Assembly: GCF_036321535.1 (NCBI RefSeq)
Contig: NC_087447.1
Span: forward strand, 51,586,001-51,650,000
DNA: 64,000 nucleotides
Direction of reading: 5' to 3'
From: Camelus dromedarius
Lineage: Eukaryota
Below the pieces are notes generated by a model. The model saw nothing but the letters and a program-made list of their open reading frames with translations. It had not been told where the DNA came from and ran no database searches. Positions within the stretch are counted from its first letter, which is position 1. Each line of letters opens with the position of its first letter. This document shows, piece by piece, positions 29,100 through 43,329 of the stretch. The position numbers and the translations under genes are program-made.

Positions 29100-29711
29100 C
29101 AGGCATACCTTGTTTTATTGTACTTTATTGCATTTTGCAGATACTGTGGGTTTTGTTTTGTTTTGTTTTTTAACAAATAGAAGGTTTGTTGCAACCCTGT
29201 GTGAAGCAAGTCTATTGGTGCCATTTTTCAACAGCATTTTCTCAGTTCATGTCTCTGTGTCATGTTATGGTAATTCTCGTAATATTTCAAATTTTCATTA
29301 TTTTATTTGTTACTTACTTTTAATTTTACTTTTTTTTATTGAAGTATATATAGTCAGTTTACAATGCTATATCAATTTCTGGTCTACAGCATAATAGTTC
29401 AGTCTTACATATACATTATTAATATATTTGTTATGGTGATTTGTGATCAGTGATCTTTGATATTACTATTATAAAAAGATTATGACATGCTAAAGGCTCA
29501 GATTATAGTCAGCATTTTTTAGCAATAAAGAATTTTTTAATTAAGGTAGTACATTCTTTTTAGACATAATGCTATTGCACGCTTAACAGATTACAGTATA
29601 GTGTAGACATTACTTTTATATGCACTGGGAAGCCAAAAAACTCATGTGACTCACTTTATTAAGATACTTACTTTACTGTGGTAAACCTGCAGTATCTCTG
29701 AGGTATGCCTG
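29100..29711. mobile_element. Internally deleted Tigger1 (TcMar) element with nested L1 3' fragment (~29310-29415)
   Basis: TIRs CAGGCATACCT / AGGTATGCCTG; TA target on the left; Tigger1 terminal text. Confidence 0.88.
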
Positions 29712-32259
29712 CACATATTTTAATGAATGTAATAAAAATTGCACTTACTATGTTGATGTCATATGACATTAATTTCCTTTTACCATTGCCAATATAGTCT
29801 CTTTAATTTCAATTAAAAAAAGTTGTCCCCTTAAGAAAAACATTAGGTAAACCATAATATACAAGTGAAACAAACATGTCAAAAATGGCATGATATATAA
29901 ATGACTAAAGTTCAGAAAACACTGGTTAAATCACCTCTTAGTAAGACTTTCAGTTAAACACAGTAGATTCAATACAACTGTTTATCACTCTTCTTTCCTA
30001 AAACTTCATTAATATATAAGCATAAAAAATTTGAAAGGTACTAAGCCTACAAGGACAAAGAAAATGGAAGAAGAAAGGTAAGTAATGAGAAAAGTCAACA
30101 AATTTTTCAGAGATAGAAAGCAGATGAAAAACTCTATGGTAAAACTGAGACATCTAATTCTAAATGCCTACTGAGGAAGGTGTCACTACAGAGCAAATAA
30201 ATTCTAGCCATACATCCAGAAAGATTCAGGAATTGGAGATTAAAAAAACAACCAAAAAATGCCCCAAAACAGGGATGAGGCAGGGATTTGTTTGAAGTTT
30301 CTATAAGAAATAGTTGGACTCCTGCCTCCTTCCCTGTCCTACACAACCAAGTGACCATTGAAATAGGAGGTTTGTTCTACACAGAAACTGAAACAGAAAA
30401 GATCTAATTTGGGGAATAACTGGTGAGGATAGGGAGGAGATACAATGAAGAAGAGGAGATTAAGAGACAATTAACGTACTGAAAACGAGACTCCCTCCCT
30501 CTCCCTAGCCCCCTTAAGCTGCTTTAGCTAAAAAAAACATGGCAGCCAGGGATTTCTCTGTCTTCCTAGCAGGAGAGCCACGAAGTAACTGGAAAAGCTG
30601 ATGGGCTCCATGAAAAAACAGCAGAAGATACTAATATTTAAAAGTCTTTCAAAGACAAAGATCATCCAACAGTGGAGGCTACCAGTTGACAGGCCCCATC
30701 TATTCACACAGAACTACCAATCAGCTTTTTAGTGCCTCATCTTAAACTTAAATGCAAAGCCAAGGATCAACAAGAAAAGTCTCCAATATGAAAGAGATGA
30801 CAAAGAGAAAAGAAGATACCAAGAGAAAACAGAAGAGAGGTGAAGAAATCTCCAAGACCACAACACTGCCCCTATAATCTATTCTTCAAAAAGATGATTC
30901 GGCGTAACAACCACGAAAAGCAAGGTAAACCTTTTTGAACTTAACTCTTGCCTCCCATAAATCACAAATCTAATCTAAATCTTAAACTCTAGTCTCTTTC
31001 CTGAGTTCCAGACATATATTACAACTCCAGGTTGGATGAACACCAACACATGAATAAATGAATCCTCAACATCTCTTCTCTAAACCACCCAGCTCATCAA
31101 AGCAAATTCCACAGAACCACCAAATTATCTTTCTGAAACTAGACTTGATCATTTCATGCCTTGTTCAAAAAGACTTTATTTACTTGGTTCCCACTACCTA
31201 CAAAATAACATTTAAAATCTTCAGCACTCAATACTACCTACCTTCTGGCTTCAAAACATTTTACCAAGGTTTTTCTTCCAAAATCCCTTTACTCCCTCCT
31301 GATCTCTCATGAAACAATTCAGTTCTTTAAAAATCTCTTTTACTTTTCCAGTTCTCTACCTTTTAGTATAATGTTCCTTCTTCTTGGCACTACTCTTCCC
31401 CAAATTTGGGGGATTTGGACTTTCCAAATCTACCTCTTCACTAAGCCTTTCTAGATCCCCCCAGTCAGCACTGATCCCATTCTCTCCTCTGCTCCCACAG
31501 TATTTTAATTATACCTCTTCTAAAACAAATTTTGTGTTATCATTAGTGGTGTAATATATACTAGAGGAGCAGATATACACAACACCCTGAAAGCGCCCAG
31601 CCCAGTGCTTGCCAAGGAGTTACAAGACTCATACATATGATGAACTGAAGTGAAAAACTTCTGGTCCAGAGTGTGGACCACACTCTTGGATTTGAAAGTA
31701 CATACTAGACTGATAATTGGGAAGCTCTTAATTTTAAGCCACAAATACAGAATGACTTCAGCTGTTACTTTACTTCCCTGGAGTTCATGTTCCTTACTCT
31801 GAAATAAAGAGTTTGAGCTAGATGACATTATGGTCCCTTCCAAATCTATCTTCTATGATCCTAGGTAGGACAAGAACAGGAAAACAGGAAGAGACCTAGA
31901 TCAAATCTCTTAGAGATAATTATGAGAGAAACGTTAGAATACTTAACAAAAAGTGAAACAGCTATTTTCATGAATACTGTATAATTTTGCTGGGATGAGG
32001 TTTGAATCAAACTTAACTCTCTCTTTTAATGTTTCTATTTTAGAGGTTAAGTGTTTTTAGTTAAACCACGGTCTATAAGAAAGAGCACCACACTAAGTTT
32101 TCAGTTCTGCTATTACTTAGCTAAATGAACTCACTTCAACTCACTTCGTCTCTTTGGGAGTTAGTTTTTGTCATATGCAAAATTAAGGAATTAGACAATA
32201 TGATCTCTAGAAGGCCATTTTTAGCTCAAAAAGTCTACAGCCCTATGAAATAACCAATC

Positions 32260-32411
32260 TTTTTCATTTTCCCTTTTCTTTTTGGGGGGGGGGATTAGAT
32301 TGATTTATTTATTTAATATTTTATTATTTTTTTTTTAAAAGAGGTAGTGGGGATTGAACCCAGTATCTTGTGCATACTAAGTACACATTACCACTGAACT
32401 ACACCCTCCCC
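32260..32411 (-). mobile_element. tRNA-derived SINE (Vic-1-like)
   Basis: Minus strand reads ggggagggtgtagttcagtggtaatgtgtacttagtatgcacaagatactgggttcaatcccc; A/B boxes and AT-rich tail. Confidence 0.85.
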
Positions 32412-33840
32412 TGTGAGATCTCCAATCTTAAAGTATGAAATTCTTCCAGGTATAGCTCCTATAAGAACTTTCCATGGGAAAAAAGGATACTTCTATCCTG
32501 AGGTAATGTAACTGTTTTGGTGCTTTTAAAAGAAAATTGTTTTTGCCATTATCTACAAGAGCAAAAAAGTTAGAAACATGTTACTGCACCTACTGGTATT
32601 TAATATATTATCAACACCATATTTTTTATGAAGGTAATGTAGAAAAATGGAAAAACTCTTTGTAATGTTAAATGAATATAGCAAAACATAAAATAATACT
32701 CACTATAAGTGCAACCACATAAAACTTCTGAAAGTAAAAGGTAATATTTAAAACAAACTGTTTTATGGAAGTAGTAGGAATATTTTTTAAATTTCTCTTT
32801 AATGTCATTACATTGACATTTCAATAAAAGATTCCCCTCTCAAAAAAAAATTAAGGTATTTTGATTATTTCCTGTGAATTAAGTCTTGGGTCAAAATTCA
32901 ATACAAGTAAAATTTTAATATGAAGTTGTTTCTAACAAAATTAAAAATTCTCAACTTCAACCAATGGACCACATATATAGGATATTTGTTATCATTAAAC
33001 AGTTGTACAATAAGTGAACTGAGATTGTCTCTTGAGTTCACTCGCCCTTTATTGCTCTCATTCCCTCTTAAGTTTATAGACTAAATGTTGTTCAATATTT
33101 AAATAATCATTTATTTAAATATGTATACCCCAAAATGAAATAAAACCATTTTTAGAAACTACAACCAATTCAAATAAAATTACAGTATTTTCAGAAACAG
33201 CAACAAAGGGTTTCTTATTTAATTTTAGAATAAATATTAAAGCAACTGAGGCACTAACTCTATTAATAGAATCTTATACATAAATAAAACAATCAAAAAT
33301 TTTTTTAAAGATAAAGTAGTTTTCCTTCTCACCTAAACACTGAGATTGGTTTTAGTGGGCATCAACAAGGAACAAACAGAAAAGGCAACAACATGCAAGA
33401 CCTTGGAGATGCTACCTTTATAGGAACTAAATTGCGAGGAACCACGTGACCTGAGCAGCACCTCTTAGTAAGCACAGTTAACAAAACATCAACTCTGTCA
33501 CACACTGTGTAACCTTGAACAAGTTAGTAAACTTCAGTTTAGTTAGTAACTCAGTGAGCTTCAGTTTCCTAATCTACAAAATAGGGACAATAGTATCTAT
33601 CTTATGCCATATGTAAACTACCTTTAGTATATGGCACTTAAGTGGAGGTCAATAAATGATAACTATTAAGAGACAAACCTGTATTTTAACTATAATGTAA
33701 ATACATATACATGGTTTTATTGAATCATCCTCAAATTCCTTTCCAATAACCACTAACACAACAAAATTTTGTTCTAAATTCTACACAAAAGGAATTAGAG
33801 ATTTCTGCTCTGATTATACAGCTTTTAAATTGCAACTTAC

Positions 33841-33958
33841 TTTCATTCTGCAAGATGTTAATGGCATCATCCATAATGCAGTCTGGTGAAAATCCTGCAG
33901 TCTTTGACAGTAAACCCAACAATGATGCAATTTTCAGTCTCACAGATGGATCATTTTC
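33841..33958 (-). CDS. INTS4: INTS4 exon 3 (ENDPSVRLKIASLL...NILQNE)
   Basis: Acceptor tttcag|, donor GAAA|GTAAGT, 118 nt. Confidence 0.96.
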
Positions 33959-36900
33959 CTGAAACAGAAGAAGCTATTGTCACCTTGAAGCTCTACACTC
34001 AGCTAACCAACAAACAGAAACATGGGAAACTAACATCTCAAAAAAGAGTCAATGATCCAAATATTTTAAAGCTTTATTTCTGAAGAATTAACTTTATATA
34101 CTTCACAGTAGAGTTTTTCTCAATCTGTATGTTACAATCAAATACTGCAAAGTGAATGGGAATATTCTTACGCTTTCTTGATGTCATTAACTTCTAACCA
34201 GATGTGTGCTTTTGGGATTTAAAGTAACTTTTCTCCACTATGCAGTCACATTCGACATGAGCTGCAGCAACCTGCAACACCAACACTGCCAGCCCTGGGC
34301 TCCCAACACTGCTGTCCGCACCATTGCTTTTGGAGTCCCTGGAAACTGGGTGCTACAGCTACAGCTGCTGTCACCAGAAACAAGTTTTCACTCTATTTGC
34401 TTTTTGGATCACCAGATCCTGATTAGAAGTCTGGGACAGGGTGAATCTAATTGCCTGGGCCTGCACCCCAGGTACAATGCAGAGTAAGAAATGAGTTAGT
34501 CTGACCCTTTTAGCTTCAATATTGGGAGATGGCCTTTAATTGGCACAAAGATTCCTATGGCAAGAAATTTCCCCCAAAGACAAAAAGGAACATGTCCTTT
34601 CATTCGTCACCTTATCTAAAGTAATTAGCACAACATCAGCACTAAGCAGATAGAGGTCCTATAAATATTTAGAAATATTTGGAAATTGGAAAAATTGGGA
34701 GGAAATAGTACCTTGCCAATGTTAAGATTAGGTAAGCATTTTACAGCAAGGACACAATTACTTAAACGTATGCTCAAAGTTGAATAGCCTTCTAGATGTG
34801 ACCAATTCCCCACCTCCCACCTACAGCTTCTAAGGAGGTAACTGGGGACAAGAAGGCCTGACAATAGATATGGAATTGGAAGACCCTGAATCCTGGCACA
34901 CCACTTACCATATATGTAAACTTGGGAAAGTCACTTTCTTGGGACCTTAACCTTAAGCTAGGGGTGCAGCAGAGAGAGAAAGGGCTTTAAATTAGCCAGG
35001 TCTAGGTATGAAGCCTGGACTCACCATGCAATAGCTATATGTCTTGAGCAGGCTAATTAACCTCTTAAGCCTCATCAGTGAAATGGGGCTAATAACCTCA
35101 GGGGCAACTGAAAAGAAAACTATTCGCACAGAAATGGGCACACAGAAGGTAATCAAATATTAGTGTCCTTCTTCCTTCCTCTCTCTGATCATCAGTCCTT
35201 CCATGTGGAAAGTAATGAAACCTGAAGTGAATCCCTGTGAACATGGTACTCAGAGGGTTACTATAAAGAGCAAATAAAAAACACATGAAAAATAAGGATG
35301 CAACCACCAAGCCCAGAATATAGAAAATCCCACAGGGTAAATGCCCTGATTTTTTAACAATTAGGAGCATGGGAAAGAAAAGAGGGTTGGGGAGGAAATG
35401 CTATAGATAAGAAGAAACATAAAGGGACAGCTAAATTAACCAAACACAATGTATAAATCCTCCTTCAAACAAACCATCTGTAAAAAGACTTTAACACAAT
35501 CAGTGAAAACTGAACATGGACTAGGCATTATACACTATTAAGGATTATTGTTAAGTATCATTTTTTAAGTCCTAAAAAAAGCCCTAATTTGTTAAACATA
35601 GATAATTAAGTGTTCATAGGTAAAATGATATGTTGATTGTGATTTGCCTCACCCGAACAGAAGTAGGGGAATGCAATAAATAAGAATGGCAAAACATTGA
35701 TAATTGTTGAAATTGGATGAGGAACACTGAAAGGCTCACATTTTTTCTCCTTTTGTGTATGTTTGTAAATTTACAAAATAAAAAGTTAACTTTTTGGAAA
35801 AATTACATGAAAGTACTTTATTTTGTCTAAAATGCAAATTAATTTATGCATCCAACAAACATGTAAGGAGTGCCTACTATGTTGCAAGCACAGTTCTAGA
35901 TAAGAAGCAAGGTGGGACTTCAAGACATATGCATACTGACAATGCAATGTGAAATACAAATCATAATCTATAAAGAATGCTCAAAATTCTCAAAGATACG
36001 CTTACCCAGGATCTAACAGAGCCTACAGATCTAACTTCCACTTCATAGTAAATACAGGAGATAAAGAAGAAAGTTAGCCAAAGGAGCACACAAATTCAGA
36101 AAATAAAAGACATTTTACAAAACAAATGAACAAGCTTCTTCAACAGGTCAATGTCACCAAAATAAAAATTGTTCTACATTTCAAAAATGCCATGTGTGGA
36201 CACTGTTTGCATTTTGATTTGAACAAATGAACTGCATAACAAGATATTTTGGGAATGATTAGAGAAATTTGAATATGGACTATTTGTTAAATGACATTAA
36301 GGAATAATTTAATTTTATTTGATATAGTTAGAGTTATATATTTTTTAAATGCCCCATTTTAAGAGGTATTTACTGAACTATTTAGTGGAAAATATTATGA
36401 TACTTAAAAAAAAAAAAACTTCAGGAAAACAAATAGAGCAAATTTGACAAAATATTAGTATCTATTTAACCCTAGAAATGAGTATTTGGTAGTTCACTAT
36501 ATTATTGTCTCTACTTTTCTATAAGCTTAACAATTTTCATACTAAAGTTTAAAATTCTAATTAATCTGTGATTCAAATACTTGAAAATCATTTCTTCTTT
36601 TACTTCAGATCTCACTTATGCAGAAAAACTGAAAAATAAATGCATTTGTGAATTTCATTTTTTGTTTAAACTATTTCCTGTATTTAATCATGCATAAATT
36701 GATGTTTTTTTCTAACCCATTAGAATACATACAGAAATAAAATGTCACTTAGCTTAAACAAAACAAAACAAAACAAGGCTATTGCAGTTAGATATGAGGG
36801 TCCTTAATTAAAGCAGCAGGATGAGAGGACTATATGCCAGAACAAATCTGGTGACAGAGGATCGTGGTTGAGATTAACTCCTCCTTTGTGCTCCACAACA

Positions 36901-37159
36901 CTCTCAGTACCCTCAGCAATTTGATGCACATTATCATTCACATGTTTCCATCTCAGTACTGTAAGTTTCTGAGAACAGGATTTGGATCTCTTTTTATCTA
37001 TGTATCCACAGTGCCCAGCACATGAAAAACATTCAGTAAAAGACTGCTGAATGAACATGTTCTTATTTACTTTGCAATATTAACCAATTCTGCAGACATG
37101 ATACAACTCTTACACCTACTCCCAAACATACCCCCATCAGGTCCTCAAGAACTTCTTAC

Positions 37160-37354
37160 CTTGTAGTAATGTTCCAAGAGAATCCTGACTACTCCCTCCA
37201 CACTTTCTGCCTCAACAGGCTTCCTGGCAAACTGAAGCAGGTACTGCAAAGCATCTGCCGGGGAGGTAGCCTTACACAGATCTATATGGAGTGCTGCAGA
37301 TTTACTTGGTTTTGTCAGTCGAAGTTTCTTAGTAGCAATTTCCTCCTGTTGTTG
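37160..37354 (-). CDS. INTS4: INTS4 exon 2 (QQQEEIATKKLRL...LLEHYYK)
   Basis: Acceptor ttgcag|, donor AAG|GTAAGA, 195 nt, phase 0/0. Confidence 0.95.
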
Positions 37355-40009
37355 CTGCAAGGGGGTAAAGAAGATAAGACATGAAAATCTGACTAAAAAC
37401 ACAGACTCTGCAAATTTATCTTTGCCTTGTTTGATGGAAATAATCTTCCCTATAACAAATAATGTATTTAGGTGACAGACCTAGCATGAACAAAAAGCAG
37501 TGTTACGGACTGGGAAAAGTGCCAAATGGAGACAAAGCTGTAAGTCCCATTTTTGCTTCTCACTTGCTCCTATGGCTTTGGCAAGTCATTTAATTTCTAC
37601 AAGTCTCAGTTTCTTTCTCTCTAAAGTAGGTCCACTAACATTTTGTTCTGCTTATCTCTTGGGATTGTTGTACCTTTAGGGTTAAAAGGACACACAAAGG
37701 ATCTTCCCTACTCTATATTAGGAAAGAAACATCAGTTCGACAAATACATTCACACTGTGCTGAGGCACCCACCAGGCTCAGCTTCCCTCCTGAGAAAACT
37801 AGAACTGATGGGAACTGTCTGTAGCTTACACTGAGGACAAAAATCTTGCCCTCACAACAGATGACTATTTTCACCCAATTCATTCTCCCTTTATTAGATG
37901 GATGGTCAGTATAAGAAGAAAAAAAAAATACACTGCCATATGCCTAGCAAACTGCAGCTACTTAGTAAATGTTTACTGAATGACTGATCTGGAATTAGGA
38001 GTTGTCTCTGAGTTCCAACTCCACTGCTCTGTTCTAAGCATGTCATGATTCTCAATTTTACTACCTGTAAAATAGGAATGATGACACCTACCACCAATTT
38101 TTCTTAACCAGGGATCCTCATCTAAACCACAGAACACACAAAATTAGTTGAATGACTATTTCCTCAATTCTCCCAAGGATGGTGCATAACTAGAACCATT
38201 CTAGATACATTTATTACATACAATGAGTGCCAAAAAGCTCATGTAAAAGGAAATCTGTTACTCCAGGGCTTGAGTAAGGTCCTGGTGGGTAGATACAGAG
38301 AGGATCACAATATAAGATAAATGCTGCAATCAATAATTTTCCTTAACACTTGACACATCATAATGACATCTTGAGCAATCACCTCTTTACAGATTTACAC
38401 TCCTACAGAGAAGAGACTAGGAGTATTCTAGACAGGAACACAGCATGGCAAGATAAAAGACCAAAGGCTCTGAAGTCCTTCAAAGTCCAAGAGGAATTTG
38501 AGTTCAATAACCATTTACCAGCTAGAGGCCTTCTTCTTCTGCAAAAGGGAACACAATACTTACATCATAGGGATATCTGAGAATTCTAAAGTATAATGTC
38601 TTAATTGTACAAACATATAATAAGCACTAGATATATATCACTTCTCTCTCCCTCTTCATTTTCATAGAAGGGAAAAAAAACTAGCACTAAGATCTCATTT
38701 CATCGCTCTATAGTAATCATTCATGAACCATGAAGTGAAGAAATGAGCTCTTCTCTTAAAATCCTCACCCATTTCTATCCTTTTCCACATAAATTCAGTC
38801 TTCAGTGTTATCTGGGATGCAGCTAGGTCAAAAGCTTGCGAAGATTTCTTTCCCTAGGGAGCATGTAAGGAGGAGGACAAACCAATATTTGCTGTCATTC
38901 AACCATCAATACCATTTTAATGAGCCAGGCCCTATGGTCTACCCAGAGGTCACACAGATGAACCAGGCATTACCGCTGCCCTCAAGGAGCACAAACTGGG
39001 GGGAGGTATGTATATTGGCAATTACAGTAGCAGTGAGTGATAAGTACAAGTAGATGACTGCTATAGAAGGAGGGGAGGAGGAACTAAAGCAACAATATAA
39101 GTCCATTGAGTGAAGAACAAAAAGAAAGGGAAGAATGACATCCATTCTATGTAAAAGAGACAACAGGTCGAAAAGTTTGGAGAGGTGCAAACACATGGCA
39201 TGCTGGAGAAAGGGTGAGTAGTTTTGGTAAATGAGAACAACAGAACGTTGGGGAGAAGGGAAGTAACACTGTACAACATAGTGAATGCACATAATGCCAC
39301 CAAACTGTACACTTAAAAAATGGTTAAAGTGGTTAAATTTTATGTTATGTTATAGTTTGACACAATTTTTTAAAAAAGTGAACAAGGGAAACAGAGCCAG
39401 GAAATCCCAAAAAACAAGCCACAGCAGAAGGAACTCTGTGAAGTTGCAAAACTTTCCTGAACCTTGAACCTTGAGTCGTCTAGAAGTTCAGAAACATTAA
39501 TTTCACATAAAAGGGGGCAATAAAATTGTCAAGGTAAATATCAAAGTAATTTTAAGAAAAATGAGAATAAGAAGCAGACCAACTTCCCTACACACAATGG
39601 AAATATGCTACAAAGAAGTATCCACAAAACAAAACCGAAAGGCAGTAATACAACTGGAACTGGAAGGTATACTGTCAAATCACAAAAAGCCAGGAAGTTT
39701 TTACCAAAAAAAAAAAAAAAAAAAAGTACTTGCAAAAGAAGGAAGACTTCATTTACCCATACAATTACCTCTCTGTACTATAATCACAGATACGCTGTTT
39801 CATATCTCCCCCTAGCCTGTGAGCTAAAGGTCAGGGACCCTAATGTGTATTCGACTTTGTAGTTCAGCACTTTTCACCATACCTAATATACGGTAATCAC
39901 TTTTTTACTCGATAAAATCTTATTGAAAGAACAAAGGAAATGTTTAAGGATCAGTGTCCTGCTGGATGGTCTAAATCTTGCAATTCTAGAAGTCTATGTA
40001 TCTAAGAAT

Positions 40010-40160
40010 GCTTTTGACTGGCATCAATTAGAAGCTTGTCAGAAGTATAGATTATTGCCCCCCCCACACACACACTCCACTTACTTACTCACTGAGTAGA
40101 ATCTACATTTTAACAAGATCCCCAGGTGATCTGTATACACAAAGTCTTAGAAACACGACA
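40010..40160. mobile_element. MER5-like hAT fragment
   Basis: gaatctacattttaacaagatccccaggtgatctgtatacac. Confidence 0.65.
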
Positions 40161-40821
40161 CAAAGTAAGACTTAGGATCAACTTCTACTCTAGCAGCATC
40201 TATGAGGAAACACATGGAGAATCACTGACTGCTGACAGGGGCTTGGCCCACCAATCCTTAAACAACTCCAAAGGAGTAAGGTATTGCCCTCCTTCCTAGT
40301 GAGCTGTTCCACCAACAGAAAGTTCTACTGGTCTGTGACCCTCGCCTGCTCTGACTGGGTCTATGAGGATTTCTATAGACTCCTTTCCCAACTCCTTGGA
40401 GCTCTGCAAGCAGCCAACTTGCCCTTGGGCGCTTTTTTTGTAACGGGAGTTGGGAAGGGGTCTGCCACTAACGGATTCTGTGTCCTCGTACCTACTCCAG
40501 AAGCCGCAAAGTCCTTGTCTGTAAAATAAGGATGCTCATGTAATACGAATAAAATGAGATAACGGATATTTTCGTAAACTGTAAAGCGCTATTTGTTCCT
40601 TCTAATTATTTTTTCTAGTGTCAGACTGCACATATTAGTTAATAATAACAACAGCAGCGGCAAACGAACACGCCCACTACAGAGTAGCCTCAGAGAGGCT
40701 GCCTATCAAAGTAGTCAGCACTCAACCCAGCTCTGTGGCGCCCGTTCCGGCAAAGTGCCTGGGGCATGAATAACCTTCCCCTACCCCAGGCAGGTATGGG
40801 ACCTTTCCTTCCAGAACCTAC

Positions 40822-40875
40822 CTGAACCACCTTAGTGAATTCCTCGTACACCCGCTTTTTGAGGTGCGCCGCCAT
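40822..40875 (-). CDS. INTS4: Integrator complex subunit 4, coding exon 1 (MAAHLKKRVYEEFTKVVQ)
   Basis: ATG in a strong Kozak context (gcagccATGG) inside a CpG island; 54 nt; donor CAG|GTAGGT; peptide matches the recalled INTS4 N-terminus. Confidence 0.97.
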
Positions 40876-41270
40876 GGCTGCCAGCGGACCCTCTCAGCTT
40901 CCGGACGCGACGAGGGAGGCGTGGCGGAGGAATTCGGAAAAATCAGCGGGGCGGGAGGAACCAGCCTCGGTCCCACAAGGCACTGGGGTTCCGGAAAGAG
41001 AGGCCGCTTCCTGCTGCTCGACTGCCCTTCCTGTGTGCGGCAGGATTTGGCCTCCTACGCCTCCTGCGCCGGTGGAACGAAAAGGAGCGAGAGAGTAGCA
41101 CAGGGGGCGGGGCCTCTGGTGGGAGGACCCGGGCCTGGAAGGTTGGACGAGCCAATGGGAGCTTTCCTGGGCTTGAAGTTGGTCTGAGTGACGGAGAAGG
41201 GGGCGCGGAACTGAGCCGAGGGAGGGAGAAGGCACTGCAGCGTAAGGGGCAGAGGCGGGACCATCCAGAG
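40840..41270 (-). promoter_or_regulatory. INTS4: INTS4 CpG-island promoter and 5' UTR
   Basis: GC/CpG-rich; ETS-type CCGGAA motifs (40898-40904, palindromic TTCCGGAA 40989-40996), GC boxes (~40948, ~41103), CCAAT at 41152-41156; no TATA box seen. Confidence 0.85.
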
Positions 41271-41416
41271 TTGGAGGGAAAACCTGGAGCTGGGTAAGTT
41301 TGTTTTTTTTTTTTGCCTCCAAGATAATGGAAACAGGTCTAGTTGATGGTTCCATCATCCCTTGCTGTTCAGAGTGTTTGCTATTTGTATGTTCCCTGCA
41401 CTCCTTTTGGTCAAGC

Positions 41417-42016
41417 TGTTGCTCAGAAACTGGGTTCACCTCTTGGCGAGTGGAGCCAAAAGAAACAACAAAGCCAAAGATCAGTAGAAAGAAGGATTTG
41501 TTGCTTGCAGCAAGTCAGGCGAACACTAGTGATATTTCCCAAAGCAGTGTCTCTCTTAACAGCAAAATTGGGGACATTTTAAGCTAAGGGTGCATGCATA
41601 CTTATGAAGGGGCTTGAGCAGAGGAGAATTCAGCATAGAATTGGGGTGAAGACCAACTGAGTCCAAGTTTTAGTTGGTTGAAGTCTGGAGGGTGTACATC
41701 ATCATTCCATCCTCCACCTGGGTGAGGGGCTTTAGTTCCTGCAGAACTCAAAAACCTGTATCAGATTGTTATGTATCTGTCCCACGAGGAGGAACTACGA
41801 CTGTTTAATCGCTGAACTGTTTTCTTGACTACTTTTCCTTTGTTCCCACATTCCCCTCACTTCTCTTTAGATCACTAATTACCAAGACCTATTCAAGGAC
41901 AATCATCGGGGCCAGGCTTAGATCAGAAAATGGTTTAGGCCAAAAATGGCTTCTCTTATGTCAAGAAAGCCATGCCTGATTCTTTCTGCAGGGACCCTGT
42001 ATACTAAGTGCTTATA
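41417..42016 (-). mobile_element. Solo LTR, ERV1-class (600 bp)
   Basis: 4-bp TSD AAGC (41413-41416 / 42017-42020); plus-strand ends TGTT... / ...GCTTATA; orientation inferred from a degenerate poly(A) signal at 41497-41502. Confidence 0.78.
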
Positions 42017-43329
42017 AAGCCATACACCACCCTTCCCCTAGGGTACTTTTTCCTGCTTCCTCACCCCAGTTGTTCAAAAGCTACCTATCCTTTAAGGAAT
42101 CAACCCCTCCTCTGACAGCTACAGGAGAGTGGAAAGAATTCTGAGGCCAAGGGTCAAGCAACAAACCTTCAGACTATGACTGGCACTTAATGAACAAGTA
42201 ACCTCAACTGCACTAACACCTAACCTGACAAAGATGTAATGACAATGGAATGAGCACAGAAACATTTTTTGCATTGTAAAGTGTAGTTCACTTGCTAGTG
42301 TTAATAAATCCAAGGTCAAGTTTTACATCCTGTATTAAACTTTAGCTGTTTCTTGTTTTGATCTTTGAAATAAGTTAATGTAGGATGCTTAGAAAAGGGG
42401 GCAGACTGTGCTAAGTACAGAAGACCCTAAAACATGTAAAAGATGGTCTTTACCCTCAAGGTCCTACATTCTAACTAGGAACAGAGACACCCAAACTGAT
42501 CATTAAGGGGCAAAGTGTGCTGTAAAGCAGAGCTATGTGATTCAAACAGACCTAACTTTATGATGCCTTGGGGAGGATTTACAGAGGAAACAATTTTTAA
42601 TCTGGCTTTAACATAGTGAATTTTCCAGAAAGGAAGAAAGGTATCCCAGACCAAAGAGACTACCACATATAAATGTGTCCAGTGAAATGAAAGTCACTTA
42701 GCAAACAGTGCCTTTAATAAATGTTAGCAGCTGTTATTGTTACCATATTTTATCAAAACTAAGCTGCCAGCAATTATAAAACAAGCCATTATTTTATGCA
42801 AAACATTAGGGGAAAAATGCTGAAATTAAAACCAATGGTTTCTTATTGCTTAGATTTATGTATACTTACTAAAAAGAGCTCATTTAAACTTATTTAGACA
42901 AAGATTTTATCCTGTGTCATATTGCTGTTTTCCCATACCTTTCTATGCATGTAAAAACTTTTTGTTTCAATGCAAATTATAGGGAAATCTCTTTGAAGAT
43001 ACCTTAAATGACAAAGACAACACATACACAAAACTCAATTGAAGTGATGACAACATGAATTGCTATGACCCAGTCATATGAACAATTGGCCAAAAGCATC
43101 TTAAGATGTGTCCTGATTTCAGAGGTGTTAAATGTGCATTTAAGCATCAATGATACAAAATATTATCATTATTATTAGACACAAGGTACAGGAAGGAGTT
43201 TGGTGCACTCAGGAAAAAAAAATTCAGTTAATATTGAGGGTAAAGTGCATACACAGAACAGAGAAGAATGAAAGAAATAAAGTTAAGAAGTTGAGGTCAG
43301 ACTGGTATAGAAACAAGAATATTCCACAT

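Noticed and set aside
40835..41587. Multiple overlapping ORFs (up to 181 aa) at the INTS4 promoter
   Set aside because: Expected from stop-poor CpG-island and LTR sequence; no homology recognised
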